From NCBI GenBank assembly GCA_963822165.1, contig CAWGGK010000011.1, positions 29,113 through 93,112 on the forward strand: 64,000 bases of DNA, read 5' to 3'. The position numbers and the translations under genes were made by a program. The DNA comes from an uncultured Alphaproteobacteria bacterium. GTDB lineage: Bacteria; Pseudomonadota; Alphaproteobacteria; Rhizobiales; Beijerinckiaceae. This document shows positions 42,572 through 52,702 of the stretch, one piece after another; the stretch's first letter is position 1, and every line of letters begins with the position of its first letter. The notes beneath the pieces are model-generated. The model did not search any database. It was not told where the DNA came from and was given only the letters and a program-made list of their open reading frames with translations.

Positions 42572-42588
42572 TTGGGTAAAGATGGGTA
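42572..42588 (-). promoter_or_regulatory. Shared operator-like motif, copy B
   Basis: Minus strand TACCCATCTTTACCCAA, 93 bp upstream of the ATG at 42479. Confidence 0.6.
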
Positions 42589-42816
42589 AGATCCTGCGCA
42601 CAAACGCCCTGTGCTGCCTTTTAACGGCTCCACCACATCACAATCGGTGTCACGAAAACCGGCAGCACACCATACGGCGTCGGCAGTCCCCGCAACCCCA
42701 ACGTTGCCCCGGCTCTGTCAAAGCCGAGGCCTGTCTCGGTCGCAACGCGCGGCCCCTGCCCTCCTTGTGGTCGCTCCGTGGCGACGTGACCACCGACATG
42801 TGCGGTTTATCACTGG

Positions 42817-42863
42817 ACCTGGCACCTGGCACCTGGCACCTGGCACCTGGTCACCTGGCACCT
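42817..42863. repeat. Heptamer tandem repeat (ACCTGGC) x about 6
   Basis: Four perfect units, one ACCTGGTC, one more perfect unit, then ACCT; intergenic. Confidence 0.9.
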
Positions 42864-42876
42864 TCCGCCAACATGA

Positions 42877-44166
42877 CTATCTCAGATAGCCGCGCCGCTT
42901 CATGAACTGAACAGCCTTCGCCTGAAGATCGGCAGCGGCCTGCTCGGGCGTCTTCGTCTTGGAGCAGGCTGCGTTGACCTCATCTGAAACCATGACAAGG
43001 ATCTGTTCGGCTTCCTTCACTGGGATGTAGCCGAACGTCTCACCAGAAAATGCCGAACGCAGGGCCGCATAATGCGGGTATTTTGCAGTGAGCGCGGGAT
43101 CTTGCAGGACAGAAAGTCGGGCAGGTGATGTGCCTACCGCGGCCGTGCGCTGGACGACACCTTTGGACGTCAACCACGCTACGTAAAGACGGGCAGCTTC
43201 CGGATTCTTGGCTTTTGCATTCACGCCGATCGAGGTTCCCCCGAGCAAGTTTCCACCAGGAGGCGTCAGTGCGCCGAACTTTCCGGCCACAGCCGATTTG
43301 GTGGGATCGGAAAGCGCGCCGATCCCGCCCGCCCAGATTACGGCATGAGCCGCCTTGCCCTGCTGGAAGCTGCCCAAGACTTCCTGGTAGTCCCAGGTGA
43401 GGTTTCCCGGTGGGCTGATAGCCTGCAACTGATCCGAGAGGAACTTGAAAGCCTTGACGCTTGCATCGCCGGCAAGGTCGGGTTGACCCGACGCGTCCAG
43501 ATATTTCCCGCCGAACGCGTGCTGCAGAAGCGACCACATGACATAGGCCTGTGGGGCTTTGCCGGCAGGGAGCGCGTAACCGTAGACGCCGTCGCCCATG
43601 ACCTGCTTGCCGCGCGCCACGACCTCGTCCCATGTCGTCGGGCCTTTTTCCGGATCCAGACCCTTCGCAGCGTAAAGCGCCTTGTTGTAGACGAGGAAAG
43701 CCACGTCCCCCAGAATTGGAAGACCAACGAGTTTGCCATCGCTCTTGCCGTACACGTCGAGGACCTTGGGCGCGTAATCGGAGAGGTCCAGAGCCGGCGC
43801 GCCTTTGACCTCGTTCTCGAGCTTCGACAGGTCGGCCAGGTACGGTGTCAGGTCGGGCTTCCATTGATAAATGAAGAGACTCACGTCGTAGGCATTCGTA
43901 CCGCTCGACCAGTCCAACATGAGCTTTGAATAGTGGTCGCTGGGAGCCACGCGAGTGACGTTGAGCTTGATCCCGGTTGCAGCCGTGAATTCCTCGCCGA
44001 GTTGGATGGTCGAGTTGAAAGGCGGGCTTGTGCGGGACATGACATTGAGCGTCGTGCCTGCCCAGGTCTTGGGAAGTTCCTGCGCTTTTAGAAGACCTGG
44101 ATGGCCAAGCAGCGCTGCTCCTGCCGCACTTCCGAGGGAAAACTGACGCCGATTGATGATGGACAT
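42877..44166 (-). CDS. Sugar ABC substrate-binding protein, Tat-exported
   Basis: NRRQF twin-arginine leader; GLP..LVYNK..PTTWDE motifs. Confidence 0.88.
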   Translation of the reverse strand: MSIINRRQFSLGSAAGAALLGHPGLLKAQELPKTWAGTTLNVMSRTSPPFNSTIQLGEEFTAATGIKLNVTRVAPSDHYSKLMLDWSSGTNAYDVSLFIYQWKPDLTPYLADLSKLENEVKGAPALDLSDYAPKVLDVYGKSDGKLVGLPILGDVAFLVYNKALYAAKGLDPEKGPTTWDEVVARGKQVMGDGVYGYALPAGKAPQAYVMWSLLQHAFGGKYLDASGQPDLAGDASVKAFKFLSDQLQAISPPGNLTWDYQEVLGSFQQGKAAHAVIWAGGIGALSDPTKSAVAGKFGALTPPGGNLLGGTSIGVNAKAKNPEAARLYVAWLTSKGVVQRTAAVGTSPARLSVLQDPALTAKYPHYAALRSAFSGETFGYIPVKEAEQILVMVSDEVNAACSKTKTPEQAAADLQAKAVQFMKRRGYLR

Positions 44167-44208
44167 GTTTCTCTCCCAAGTGTCCTCAGGCCATTTTTCT
44201 CGTTGCCG

Positions 44209-45039
44209 TCATCCCTTGACGGCTCCCATCGTGAGGCCGCGCACGAGGTATTTTTGCATGATCACGGCGAACAGCACGATCGGCGATGAGATCATGACGG
44301 CTGCCGCGCCAATGGCGCCCCATTGGACACCGTACTCATTCCTGAACCCTATGATTGCCAGGGGTGAAGTCGCCGCGCTGGACTGCGTCAGCGCGAGCGC
44401 GAACAAGAACTCGTTCCAGGCGCTGATGAAGACGAAAACACTGGTCGCAACCAGCCCTCCGGTAACAAGAGGTAGCATGATCTTCAGGAAGACCTGCAGT
44501 TCCGAGCACCCGTCCACGATCGCCGCTTCACGCAGTTCGGTTGGCACCTCGCGGAAGAAACCGCGCAAGAGCCACACCGCGAACGGCAGGTTGAAAGCGC
44601 AGTAGACGATCACGAGCGTCGTTGTCCTGTCCAGCATCCCGGCGCGGGCTGCGACGAGATAGATCGGCACGAGAATGGCGACGCCTGGAACCATCCTCGC
44701 TACGAGTACACCCGCAAGGAAGACACGGTTCTTCTTGTTCAAGTGGGCAAGGGAGTAGGCTGCGGGGGCTGCCAGCGCGATCACGGCCAGGGTCGATGGC
44801 ACGGCCGTCAGAAGGCTGTTGATCAGGTAGGCATGGAACTGGTTCTGGAAGAAGATGGTCCGAAAGCCTTCGAGCGTCGGCTGAAAGTAGAAGCGCATCG
44901 CGAGTGTGTCGATAGGGTTCCGGAAGGCCGTCAGCACCATCCAGGTGTAGGGAAACAGATAGATCAGCGCGATGACGATCCAGAGCACCGTCATCAGAGC
45001 CATGCGGACTTGGTTTCGCGAACGCACGGTCATCATCAT
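44209..45039 (-). CDS. Carbohydrate ABC permease
   Basis: VPTELREAAIVDGC, FISAWNEF and LVRGLTMGAVKG. Confidence 0.9.
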   Translation of the reverse strand: MMMTVRSRNQVRMALMTVLWIVIALIYLFPYTWMVLTAFRNPIDTLAMRFYFQPTLEGFRTIFFQNQFHAYLINSLLTAVPSTLAVIALAAPAAYSLAHLNKKNRVFLAGVLVARMVPGVAILVPIYLVAARAGMLDRTTTLVIVYCAFNLPFAVWLLRGFFREVPTELREAAIVDGCSELQVFLKIMLPLVTGGLVATSVFVFISAWNEFLFALALTQSSAATSPLAIIGFRNEYGVQWGAIGAAAVMISSPIVLFAVIMQKYLVRGLTMGAVKG

Positions 45040-45947
45040 CGATCGGCCATCGCTGTCTTGAACAGCCGCCAGAGCAGAGGCGAACTCGCGACCAGAACGA
45101 CGACCACGAAGATCCACGCAACGGCCGTGGTTCGTCCAATGTCGAATGCCGAAAACCCGATCTTGTAGGCGAAGATTGTAATCGTCGTGGTCCGATCGCC
45201 GGGCCCCCCTCCGGTCAGAAGCCAGATCTTGTCGAAGTCGCCCATGGCTGCGATCGCCCTGAACGAAGTTGCAATGAGCATGTAGGGAACAAGATGTGGC
45301 AGGGTGATATAGCGGAGCAACTGAAGCTCCGATGCTCCGTCCATGCGAGCGGCGTCCACGGTATTGCGGTCGAGCGCCTGCAAGCCTGCCAGAATTACCA
45401 GCATATAAAACGGCGTCGTCTGCCAGACGTCCATGAAGACGATGGATGGCAACGCCATGTTCAGATCGAGCCAAGAAACCTTTGGCAGGCCCAGGCTGGA
45501 AAGCGCCGCGTTGAATACGCCGCTATCTTCCTCGAAGAGCAGCTTCCAGAATATACCAACGACCGACGGTGTGATGACCATGGGAATGATCATGATCGAT
45601 CGGAAAAACGAGCGCGCGTGGAACTCCGCATCGAGCAGGAGCGCGAAGATCGTTCCGAGCGTCAGCCCACACGTGACTGAGAAAAGTGCATAGAGCACCG
45701 TGACCCGGACAGCCGACCAGAACTCTGCGCTGGCGGCAACATCCGTATAATTCTCGGTGCCGACATAGATGTCCGCCGTGCCCGGTATCGGTAGAACCCA
45801 GGCTGTGAAACTCGCCTTGAGCGCGAATAGCATCGGGCCGAGATAGACAGCCAGCAGCACCAGGGCGGCAGGCGCAAGGAAGAAGACCGCCGTGCTCCTT
45901 CGAGCAGCATCCGGTAACTTAATCCGTGCGAAGGGCCGCACTGGCAT
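45036..45947 (-). CDS. Carbohydrate ABC permease
   Basis: DVWQTTPF, DAARMDGA and LTGGGPG. Confidence 0.9.
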   Translation of the reverse strand: MPVRPFARIKLPDAARRSTAVFFLAPAALVLLAVYLGPMLFALKASFTAWVLPIPGTADIYVGTENYTDVAASAEFWSAVRVTVLYALFSVTCGLTLGTIFALLLDAEFHARSFFRSIMIIPMVITPSVVGIFWKLLFEEDSGVFNAALSSLGLPKVSWLDLNMALPSIVFMDVWQTTPFYMLVILAGLQALDRNTVDAARMDGASELQLLRYITLPHLVPYMLIATSFRAIAAMGDFDKIWLLTGGGPGDRTTTITIFAYKIGFSAFDIGRTTAVAWIFVVVVLVASSPLLWRLFKTAMADR

Positions 45948-46059
45948 TCTTGTTCCTCTGACGCGGTCCGTGCGCTCCGGCCATCCGGGACGCCATCGCC
46001 GCTTATTGAGCTGCGCTTGCAGTCAGGGCCTCAAGTCCAGAGACCGGCGTGGCGAGGGT

Positions 46060-47219
46060 CTACTGATCAACGACTGATCCATCGTAGTGAAGCCGCGTCA
46101 CGATCTTGCGGGGCTTCCACGGAAACCGCTCGGCGGCATCAGGGCGCAGCGACACCCCGATCCCCGGTTCGTCGCTGATGATGAGGAAGCCGCGACCGTC
46201 ATGTTGTGGCGCCCCGGTAACCAGTTCGTCCGAGGGGGGCGCATGTCGCCGGCCTCTCCCCAGCTTTCGTCCGGCAGTTCCTGAAGGACAAAATTGGGTG
46301 CGATGGCCGCGATCTGCAGGCAGGCCGCCGTCGAGACGGCGCTCAGGGGATTGTGAGGCACGACGCCGACATGGGATGCCTCCGCCAGCGCCGCAATCTT
46401 CTTGGCGCCGGAAATGCCACCGACGATGCACACGTCGGGCCGTACCATCTGGACCGCATTGCGCGCGATCAGCATCTGGAACTCCCACAGCGATGTCATG
46501 CGCTCGCCGGTGGCGATGGGGATGCCGATCTTGCTGGCGACATACGCCATCTCGTCGAGGTTGTCGGGCGTGACCGGATCTTCGAGGAACAGCGGGTAAT
46601 AGGGCTCGATGGCCCGCCCGAACGCCACCGCCTCGAACGGCGTCATCCTGCGGTGGATCTCGACGCACAGATCCACGTCCGGCCCGGCGATCTCGCGGTA
46701 GCGCCGCACCGTCTCGACTGCATCCGTGAGCTTGCGAGCGTGCGACTTGTAGTAAGGCTCACTTCGCGGCGAATCGAGGAACGGCGTGAGGTGTCCCACC
46801 GCCGTATAGCCGGCCTCGCGGGCGCGGGCCACGCCGTCATAGAGTTGCTGTTTGGTGGTACCGAAGACATGGTAGTAGGCGCGCGCCCGGTCGCGGACCT
46901 TGCCGCCCAGCATGGCGTGAACCGGCGCGCCATAATGCTTGCCCGCAATGTCCCACAGCGCGATGTCGATCGCGCTGAGCCCGCCCATGATCGCCGATCC
47001 GCGGAAATGCGCGAAGCGGTACATGTATTGCCAATGATGTTCGATCCTGAGCGGATCCTCCCCAATCAGGTATGAGGCAAAGCGGTCGACGGCGGCCGCG
47101 GCGGATTCCTGGAAGCCCCAGGCTCCGGATTTACCCAATCCTGTCAGGCCGGTATCGGTCGTGACCTGCACGAACAGGTAACGGTTGATGAAGATATTCT
47201 CGATCTTGGCGATTTTCAT
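46060..47219 (-). CDS. Galactonate-dehydratase-like enolase-superfamily enzyme (frameshift near 46240)
   Basis: MKIAKIE..IEHHWQYMYR..FRG..SAIDIALWDIAGK..EIH..FLEDP..ATGER..PHNP; C-terminus PGIG..DGSVVDQ lies in the adjacent frame. Confidence 0.85.
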
Positions 47220-47227
47220 GGCGGGTC

Positions 47228-48337
47228 TCATATCGACGGAGCTGCAGGATCCAGGGGATCGTCTGGGACGATGGTGATGGCTTGCGGGGCGATGCGGATG
47301 CGGACCGATTGCCCCTCCAGAGGTGCGGCTTGAGCCGGCATGTCGGCGCGGATAAAGACGCCCCCGACATCGAGAAGACAGCTGACAATGGGCCCCAGGA
47401 AACTGGCCCTGATCACGCGTGCATCAGCGATGTTGTCACCCTCGGTTCCGCTGGGGGCGAGTTCCACAGTCTCAGGCCTGATGCACAACAGCGCTTCGGC
47501 TCCCGCGAAGAACGGTGTTGCCGCTGAAGGGGCCGCGGTAAACAGGAGATCGTTGACAAGCCGCACCTGCGCCAGGTCGCCGGCCATCGACACGATGCGA
47601 GCGGGCAAGAGGTTGGCATGTCCGACGAACTCCGCCACGAACCGTGTTGCCGGGCGCGCATAGAGTTCGCGCGGGCTACTCTCCTGGATGATCTTGCCGT
47701 CCTTCATCAGGATGATCCGGTCGCTCATGACCATGGCCTCGGATTGGTCATGGGTGACGTAGATGGACGTCTTGCCGAGACGCCTCTGCAGTTCCACAAG
47801 TTCGAAGCGCATCCTCTCGCGCAGGCCGGCGTCCAGATTGCTCAGCGGCTCATCGAACAAGAGCAGGCGGGGCCGCGTGACGACGGCCCTTGCCACGGCC
47901 ACGCGCTGCTGCTGTCCGCCGCTGAGCTCCGTCCCGAACCGATCGGCGTAGGCCTCGAGCCCGACCAGCCGGAGGACCTCCTGAACCTGCTGCTGGATTT
48001 CGGCTTTGCCTTCGTTGCGCGCCCTCAGCCCGTATGCCACGTTCTCGAAGACGCTCATGTGGGGCCAGACGGCATAAGACTGAAACACCATGTTGATGCC
48101 GCGTTTCTCCGGCGGCACCTCATATCCAGCCCGCGCGACCACGTCTCCGCCGATCTGGATTTCTCCCCCCGACGCAGTCTCGAGGCCGGCGATGCAGCGC
48201 AGGGTCGTCGTCTTGCCGCAGCCGCTTGGACCCAGCAGCGAGATGAATTCGCCTTCGGCGACATCGAAGGAGACATCGTCGACCGCGACGACATTGCCGT
48301 AACGAACGATGAGATTTTTGATGCTGAGCTGAGCCAT
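47228..48337 (-). CDS. ABC importer ATP-binding protein (PotA/FbpC/MalK-like)
   Basis: GPSGCGKT, LSGGQQQR, FDEPLSNLD and YVTHDQ; C-terminal TOBE-like region. Confidence 0.93.
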   Translation of the reverse strand: MAQLSIKNLIVRYGNVVAVDDVSFDVAEGEFISLLGPSGCGKTTTLRCIAGLETASGGEIQIGGDVVARAGYEVPPEKRGINMVFQSYAVWPHMSVFENVAYGLRARNEGKAEIQQQVQEVLRLVGLEAYADRFGTELSGGQQQRVAVARAVVTRPRLLLFDEPLSNLDAGLRERMRFELVELQRRLGKTSIYVTHDQSEAMVMSDRIILMKDGKIIQESSPRELYARPATRFVAEFVGHANLLPARIVSMAGDLAQVRLVNDLLFTAAPSAATPFFAGAEALLCIRPETVELAPSGTEGDNIADARVIRASFLGPIVSCLLDVGGVFIRADMPAQAAPLEGQSVRIRIAPQAITIVPDDPLDPAAPSI

Positions 48338-48370
48338 GCCTTATCCGGTTCGAGCGCTTGATGACGCCGC

Positions 48371-50086
48371 CTAGATCCCTTGCGTCAGCCTGACGCGGAA
48401 CACGTAGCGCCCTGCCAGAACGCCGATCGCCAGGATCGCGGTCTGAAGAAGGCCGACGACGGCAGCGTTCTGGACGTTGCCGTATTCGAGATAGTCCCAG
48501 GACATGACCGAGAGCACCTTGTTGCTCGGCGAACTCAGCAGGATGGCCGAGCTGATCTCACGAACCGAGAAGATGAACACGAGGACCCATCCCGACAGGA
48601 CGGCTGGCTGAACCAGGCGTAACGTGATGCGCGTGGCGGTGCGCCAATGGCCGGCTCCGCACAGGGCCGAGGCTTCCTCCAAAGCGGGGTCGATCTGCAT
48701 CAGGGCCGTGTCGCAAAGGCGGTAGGCGAAGGGAATATAAGAGGCCACGAAGGCGACGACCAGGATCCAGATCGTGCCGTAGATCGGCGTGGTCACGTAG
48801 GTCCAGAAGAAGCCGGTTCCGAACACGATACCGGGCACGGCGATCGGCACCATGGCCAGGTAGTCGAGAACCTTGGAGCCCGGCACCTTCAGGCGGCGGA
48901 TCGCATAGGCGAGAACCAGCGCGAGAATCGCGCACAGGGTTGGTGCGATCACACCGACGAGAAGGGTATTGCCGATCGACGACGTGACCGCCTTCGACGA
49001 CGCAACCGCGATGGCATTGCGGAAAGTATATTGGGCATCGAGGATTGAGGACGACGTGAAACTCGTGAAGGCCGAGTAGAACAGAGCAAGGTATGGCAGC
49101 AGGATCGCCAGAACGAGGTAGCTCAGCACCAGGATCATGGCGGGCGTCCGCCATGCCCGCAGGCGCACCAGTCGGATCCGATAGCCGCGCGCGGTGACTG
49201 TCACGAAGCGGTTCGCCAGACGTGACGCGTAGCGGTAGAACGCGATGCCGATCAGCGCGAGCCAGAACAGAAGCGTGCCGATCGCGGAGGCCTTTCCGTA
49301 ATCGACCGGATAGGTGGCCGTCGACTGGTAAATGTCCACGGCGAGGAATGGCAATTGACGCGTACCGCCCAGGGCCGCCGGGATCGAAAACGTCCCTGCG
49401 GTCAGCACGAAGATGAAGAAAAAGGCTGAAATCAGCGACGGCCTGATCACCGGAAAAGTGACCTTCACCGCCGTCTTCACGACCCCTGCCCCGTTCAGAT
49501 ACGATGCTTCCTCCATCGAGGGATCGATGCTTCGCAGCGATGCCGACACGGTCAGATAAGCGTATGGAATGAAATACAGCGTCATGACCAGGACGATGCC
49601 GGTGGGCGTCATCACGTTGAGCACGGGTGACGTGACGCCGAACAGGTCTCGCGCGAGACGGTTCAGTACACCTGCATTGGGAGCGGCCAAAATCAGCCAC
49701 GCCAATGCGCCGACGAAGGGCGACAGGTAAAGGGGAGCGATCACGCCGTTTTCGAGCCAGCCTTTGGCGGGCAGGTCTGTCCGCGCGATCAGCCAGGCCA
49801 GAGCGACGCCAAGAACGGTCGAAAGAAGCGCAACGATAGCGGAAACTGCGATGGTGATTCCCAGCACGCGCAGCGCCGGCCAGGTCGTGTAGACGTCGAG
49901 GATCTTCTGGAAGGTGAAGCGCGCATTGGGATCGACAAGACTGCCTGTTCGCACAGCCCCGAAGAACATGAAGGCGATCGGCAGGAGGATCCCTATCGTT
50001 AGAAGGACACCGAGGCCAATCGCCAGGACCAGACGAGGAGACAAGCTGGCCCTGCCGCGATTGCGGACGCCGGCAAGGCCGGCCAT
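48371..50086 (-). CDS. FbpB/ThiP-type fused double ABC permease
   Basis: Two EAA loops (DPSMEEASYLNGA and DPALEEASALCGA); start could be slightly further upstream. Confidence 0.87.
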   Translation of the reverse strand: MAGLAGVRNRGRASLSPRLVLAIGLGVLLTIGILLPIAFMFFGAVRTGSLVDPNARFTFQKILDVYTTWPALRVLGITIAVSAIVALLSTVLGVALAWLIARTDLPAKGWLENGVIAPLYLSPFVGALAWLILAAPNAGVLNRLARDLFGVTSPVLNVMTPTGIVLVMTLYFIPYAYLTVSASLRSIDPSMEEASYLNGAGVVKTAVKVTFPVIRPSLISAFFFIFVLTAGTFSIPAALGGTRQLPFLAVDIYQSTATYPVDYGKASAIGTLLFWLALIGIAFYRYASRLANRFVTVTARGYRIRLVRLRAWRTPAMILVLSYLVLAILLPYLALFYSAFTSFTSSSILDAQYTFRNAIAVASSKAVTSSIGNTLLVGVIAPTLCAILALVLAYAIRRLKVPGSKVLDYLAMVPIAVPGIVFGTGFFWTYVTTPIYGTIWILVVAFVASYIPFAYRLCDTALMQIDPALEEASALCGAGHWRTATRITLRLVQPAVLSGWVLVFIFSVREISSAILLSSPSNKVLSVMSWDYLEYGNVQNAAVVGLLQTAILAIGVLAGRYVFRVRLTQGI

Positions 50087-50120
50087 CCCTATGCTCGGGT
50101 GAGACACGACGGATGCCCGC

Positions 50121-51254
50121 TCACTGGCCGAAGATCCGGTTCCACTCCTTGATGATGGGTTTTTCAGGATCCACGTAGGCGGGGTCGTTGATGTAGTCGA
50201 GGAACAGGTTCTTGGGATCCTGATACCAGGGTTCCTTGTACCAGTCGGTCTTTGCCGCGACACGGGGGTCGACGGTGTCCTCGCGGGCCGAACTCGTGCC
50301 TGCGAATTTGAACCATTCGGCCTGGCCCTCCTTGCTCATCGCCCATTCCTGGAAGAGACGGGCTGCGTTGGGGTTGGGACCTTTGGAGGTCACGCTCTGA
50401 ATGGTCAGGTTGGCGGGCGTCGGATCCGGGAAGACCCACCGAACCGGTGCGCCCTTGATGTAGAACAGCCCCATGTCGCTCTGCGAGGCCTGGTCGGCGA
50501 TGGCGTGCTCGCCTGCCGCCATCCGGTCGTACATGGGCGCCTTGCTCTGATAGATGACCGGCTGGTTGGCTGCGAGCTTCTTGAGGAAGGGTTCGCCGTA
50601 GCGATCCTTCATGGCGCGCTGGAACATGTAACAGAACGAAAAGCTGCTGCCCCCCGAGGCCGGCGTTGCCGTGGCGTAGCGGCCCTTCCAGCGCGGGTCG
50701 GTGAGGACGTCCCAACCACCGGTCAGGATCATCTTCTCCTCTTCGGGCGTGACGCGGTTGGTGTTGTACATGATGCCCATCGCATTCACGAACAGCGTGT
50801 ACCAGATGCCCTCGCGCTTCATGCTGGGCCTGATCGCGGGATCGGCGACGGGCTTGTAATTCGCGATCCAGCCTTCCTTGTGGGCGGCTTCGATCAGGAC
50901 ATTGTCGGTGATCTGCATCACGTCGGCGATATGTTTGCCAACCCGGGATTCGTTCAGCCACCGCTCGAAAAGCGGGTAGCTCGGACCACGGACATTCTGG
51001 GTTTCGATCCCGTACTTCTTGGTGAATGCCCCCGTCCAACTGTTCGTCACGTCGATTGCGGTCGTGTGGTAATAGGTGAGCGTCCCCTCCTTCTTGGCCG
51101 CGGTGATCAGAGCTTCGGGAATGACCTCCTGTCGACCTTGGGCGAATGCGCCCGATCGGAGATCGGAGCCAAGGGCGGCACCTCCCACCAGTGCGGCGCC
51201 AGCTTTCAAGACCGTCCGGCGACCAATTAGGCGGGGTGTTCTGTCGAGCGACAT
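50121..51254 (-). CDS. ABC substrate-binding protein (AfuA/FbpA-like fold), Tat-exported
   Basis: GRRTVLK leader; AAKKEG.L.YY, YNTN, LTDPRWKG and PNPNAARLF. Confidence 0.85.
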   Translation of the reverse strand: MSLDRTPRLIGRRTVLKAGAALVGGAALGSDLRSGAFAQGRQEVIPEALITAAKKEGTLTYYHTTAIDVTNSWTGAFTKKYGIETQNVRGPSYPLFERWLNESRVGKHIADVMQITDNVLIEAAHKEGWIANYKPVADPAIRPSMKREGIWYTLFVNAMGIMYNTNRVTPEEEKMILTGGWDVLTDPRWKGRYATATPASGGSSFSFCYMFQRAMKDRYGEPFLKKLAANQPVIYQSKAPMYDRMAAGEHAIADQASQSDMGLFYIKGAPVRWVFPDPTPANLTIQSVTSKGPNPNAARLFQEWAMSKEGQAEWFKFAGTSSAREDTVDPRVAAKTDWYKEPWYQDPKNLFLDYINDPAYVDPEKPIIKEWNRIFGQ

Positions 51255-51396
51255 AGTTTCCTCCGTTTCGGTGCGGCCATTTACACTCGGCTCTGCCGGG
51301 AAGATTTGCGCAAATAGCAAATCGTGTCAAACTTCGATCGTAGCCAAGGCCGTTGCATCCCTTTATTCAGCTGCTCTGTTTCTTGAGGCTTCGACG

Positions 51397-52137
51397 ATGC
51401 GAGACCACTTCAATTCGAGGCGGGATAAACCCACTCCGCTCAACGAGCCGACCTATCTCAAGATCAAGAAGGCGATCATCAGCGACCTCGTCGGAGGCAT
51501 ATTTCAGCCTGGCGATCACCTCACTATCGACATGCTGACAACGCGCTATCTCGTGAGCCACATGCCGATCAGGGAAGCGCTGCGCCAACTCGAAGGCGAA
51601 GGCATTCTCGTTTCCATCGCGCACCGTGGGTTTCGGCTTGAGGAGATTACGGAAGACTATATCCGCAACATCTACGACATCCGGGTCGGTATCGAATCCA
51701 TGCTTGCACGCCGAGCCGTCGAGCGCGCGACGCCCGCCGATGTCGCTGAACTCGTAGCAATCCATGAGGCCTGCTGCAGCGAACTCAGAACCGGCAGCCC
51801 GAAGGCTCTCGAGACCAATATTCTGCTTCACGCCAGGCTCTATGCGCTGGCACGCAATCCCGAAGCCGAGCAACTCCTTGAGGGGCGCACCCGCGTGGTC
51901 AGGACGGTCGGCGATGGCCTTGGCGGCTACAGGCCGGGCGTATCCGAACTGGTCATTGCGGAGCACAACGCGATCATGGAGGCGTTCGAGGCGGGCTGTG
52001 CTGAGGCTTGCGGTCAGGCGGTTTTCGCGCACGTGACGGCTGCGCGAGACCGGTTGTTGGAGACGCTGGCCGAGAAGAAGCTGGCCAAGCCGTTGACAGA
52101 TCTCGCAGTTCGACCCGATCGGGCGACACCGCCCTGA
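51397..52137 (+). CDS. GntR family (FCD) transcriptional regulator
   Basis: PGDHL..VSHMPIREALRQLEGEG..HRG wHTH; EH..I..H FCD motif; divergent from the ABC operon. Confidence 0.9.
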   Translation: MRDHFNSRRDKPTPLNEPTYLKIKKAIISDLVGGIFQPGDHLTIDMLTTRYLVSHMPIREALRQLEGEGILVSIAHRGFRLEEITEDYIRNIYDIRVGIESMLARRAVERATPADVAELVAIHEACCSELRTGSPKALETNILLHARLYALARNPEAEQLLEGRTRVVRTVGDGLGGYRPGVSELVIAEHNAIMEAFEAGCAEACGQAVFAHVTAARDRLLETLAEKKLAKPLTDLAVRPDRATPP

Positions 52138-52702
52138 GGTGCCGAGCCTCTTTGCAAGGAAGCAGGCATTTGGGCGAGCTCAGGTCATTGCGCAAATCGG
52201 CAGCAAAAGAGAATGACCCGACCGCAAAGAGCATAATCATTTACTTTTTAAAGACTGGATATCCAAGCATCTGGATATATTCAAGCTCTCCGGTAATGGT
52301 GATAGGTCATTAAGAACAGTATTAGACGGCAGAAGCCGCATGCCCAAACGTCTGCTATGTTAATAACTCAATCCAACCAAGGCCGCTCAGATGCCAGCAT
52401 CTGATATCGTCGAGGTGATCGGACAAACGCTCTGTACCTCGGTCTCATCCGCGAGCGCTTGCTACAACCCCACCATAAGCGCATCCGTCGGATTTACACT
52501 GCTCGTGATTGTCGTCGCGATGATTGCGTTCCGGGCGTTCGCGCTCCGCGGTTAGACGCGAATACCAAGCGATACGGGTGCGCCGGCCGGGAACGCAGCG
52601 CCGTTCCGGCTGATTGGTCGTCTGCACATCGCTGGTCAGGCTTTGATCGGAGCACGAACGTCCGGCACACGCTGTCGCGTCATTGGAGGACGAGAGGACC
52701 GA

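Noticed and set aside
42817-42863. CRISPR array or sigma54 promoter
   Set aside because: 7-bp units without spacers, no cas genes, and no TTGC at the -12 position.
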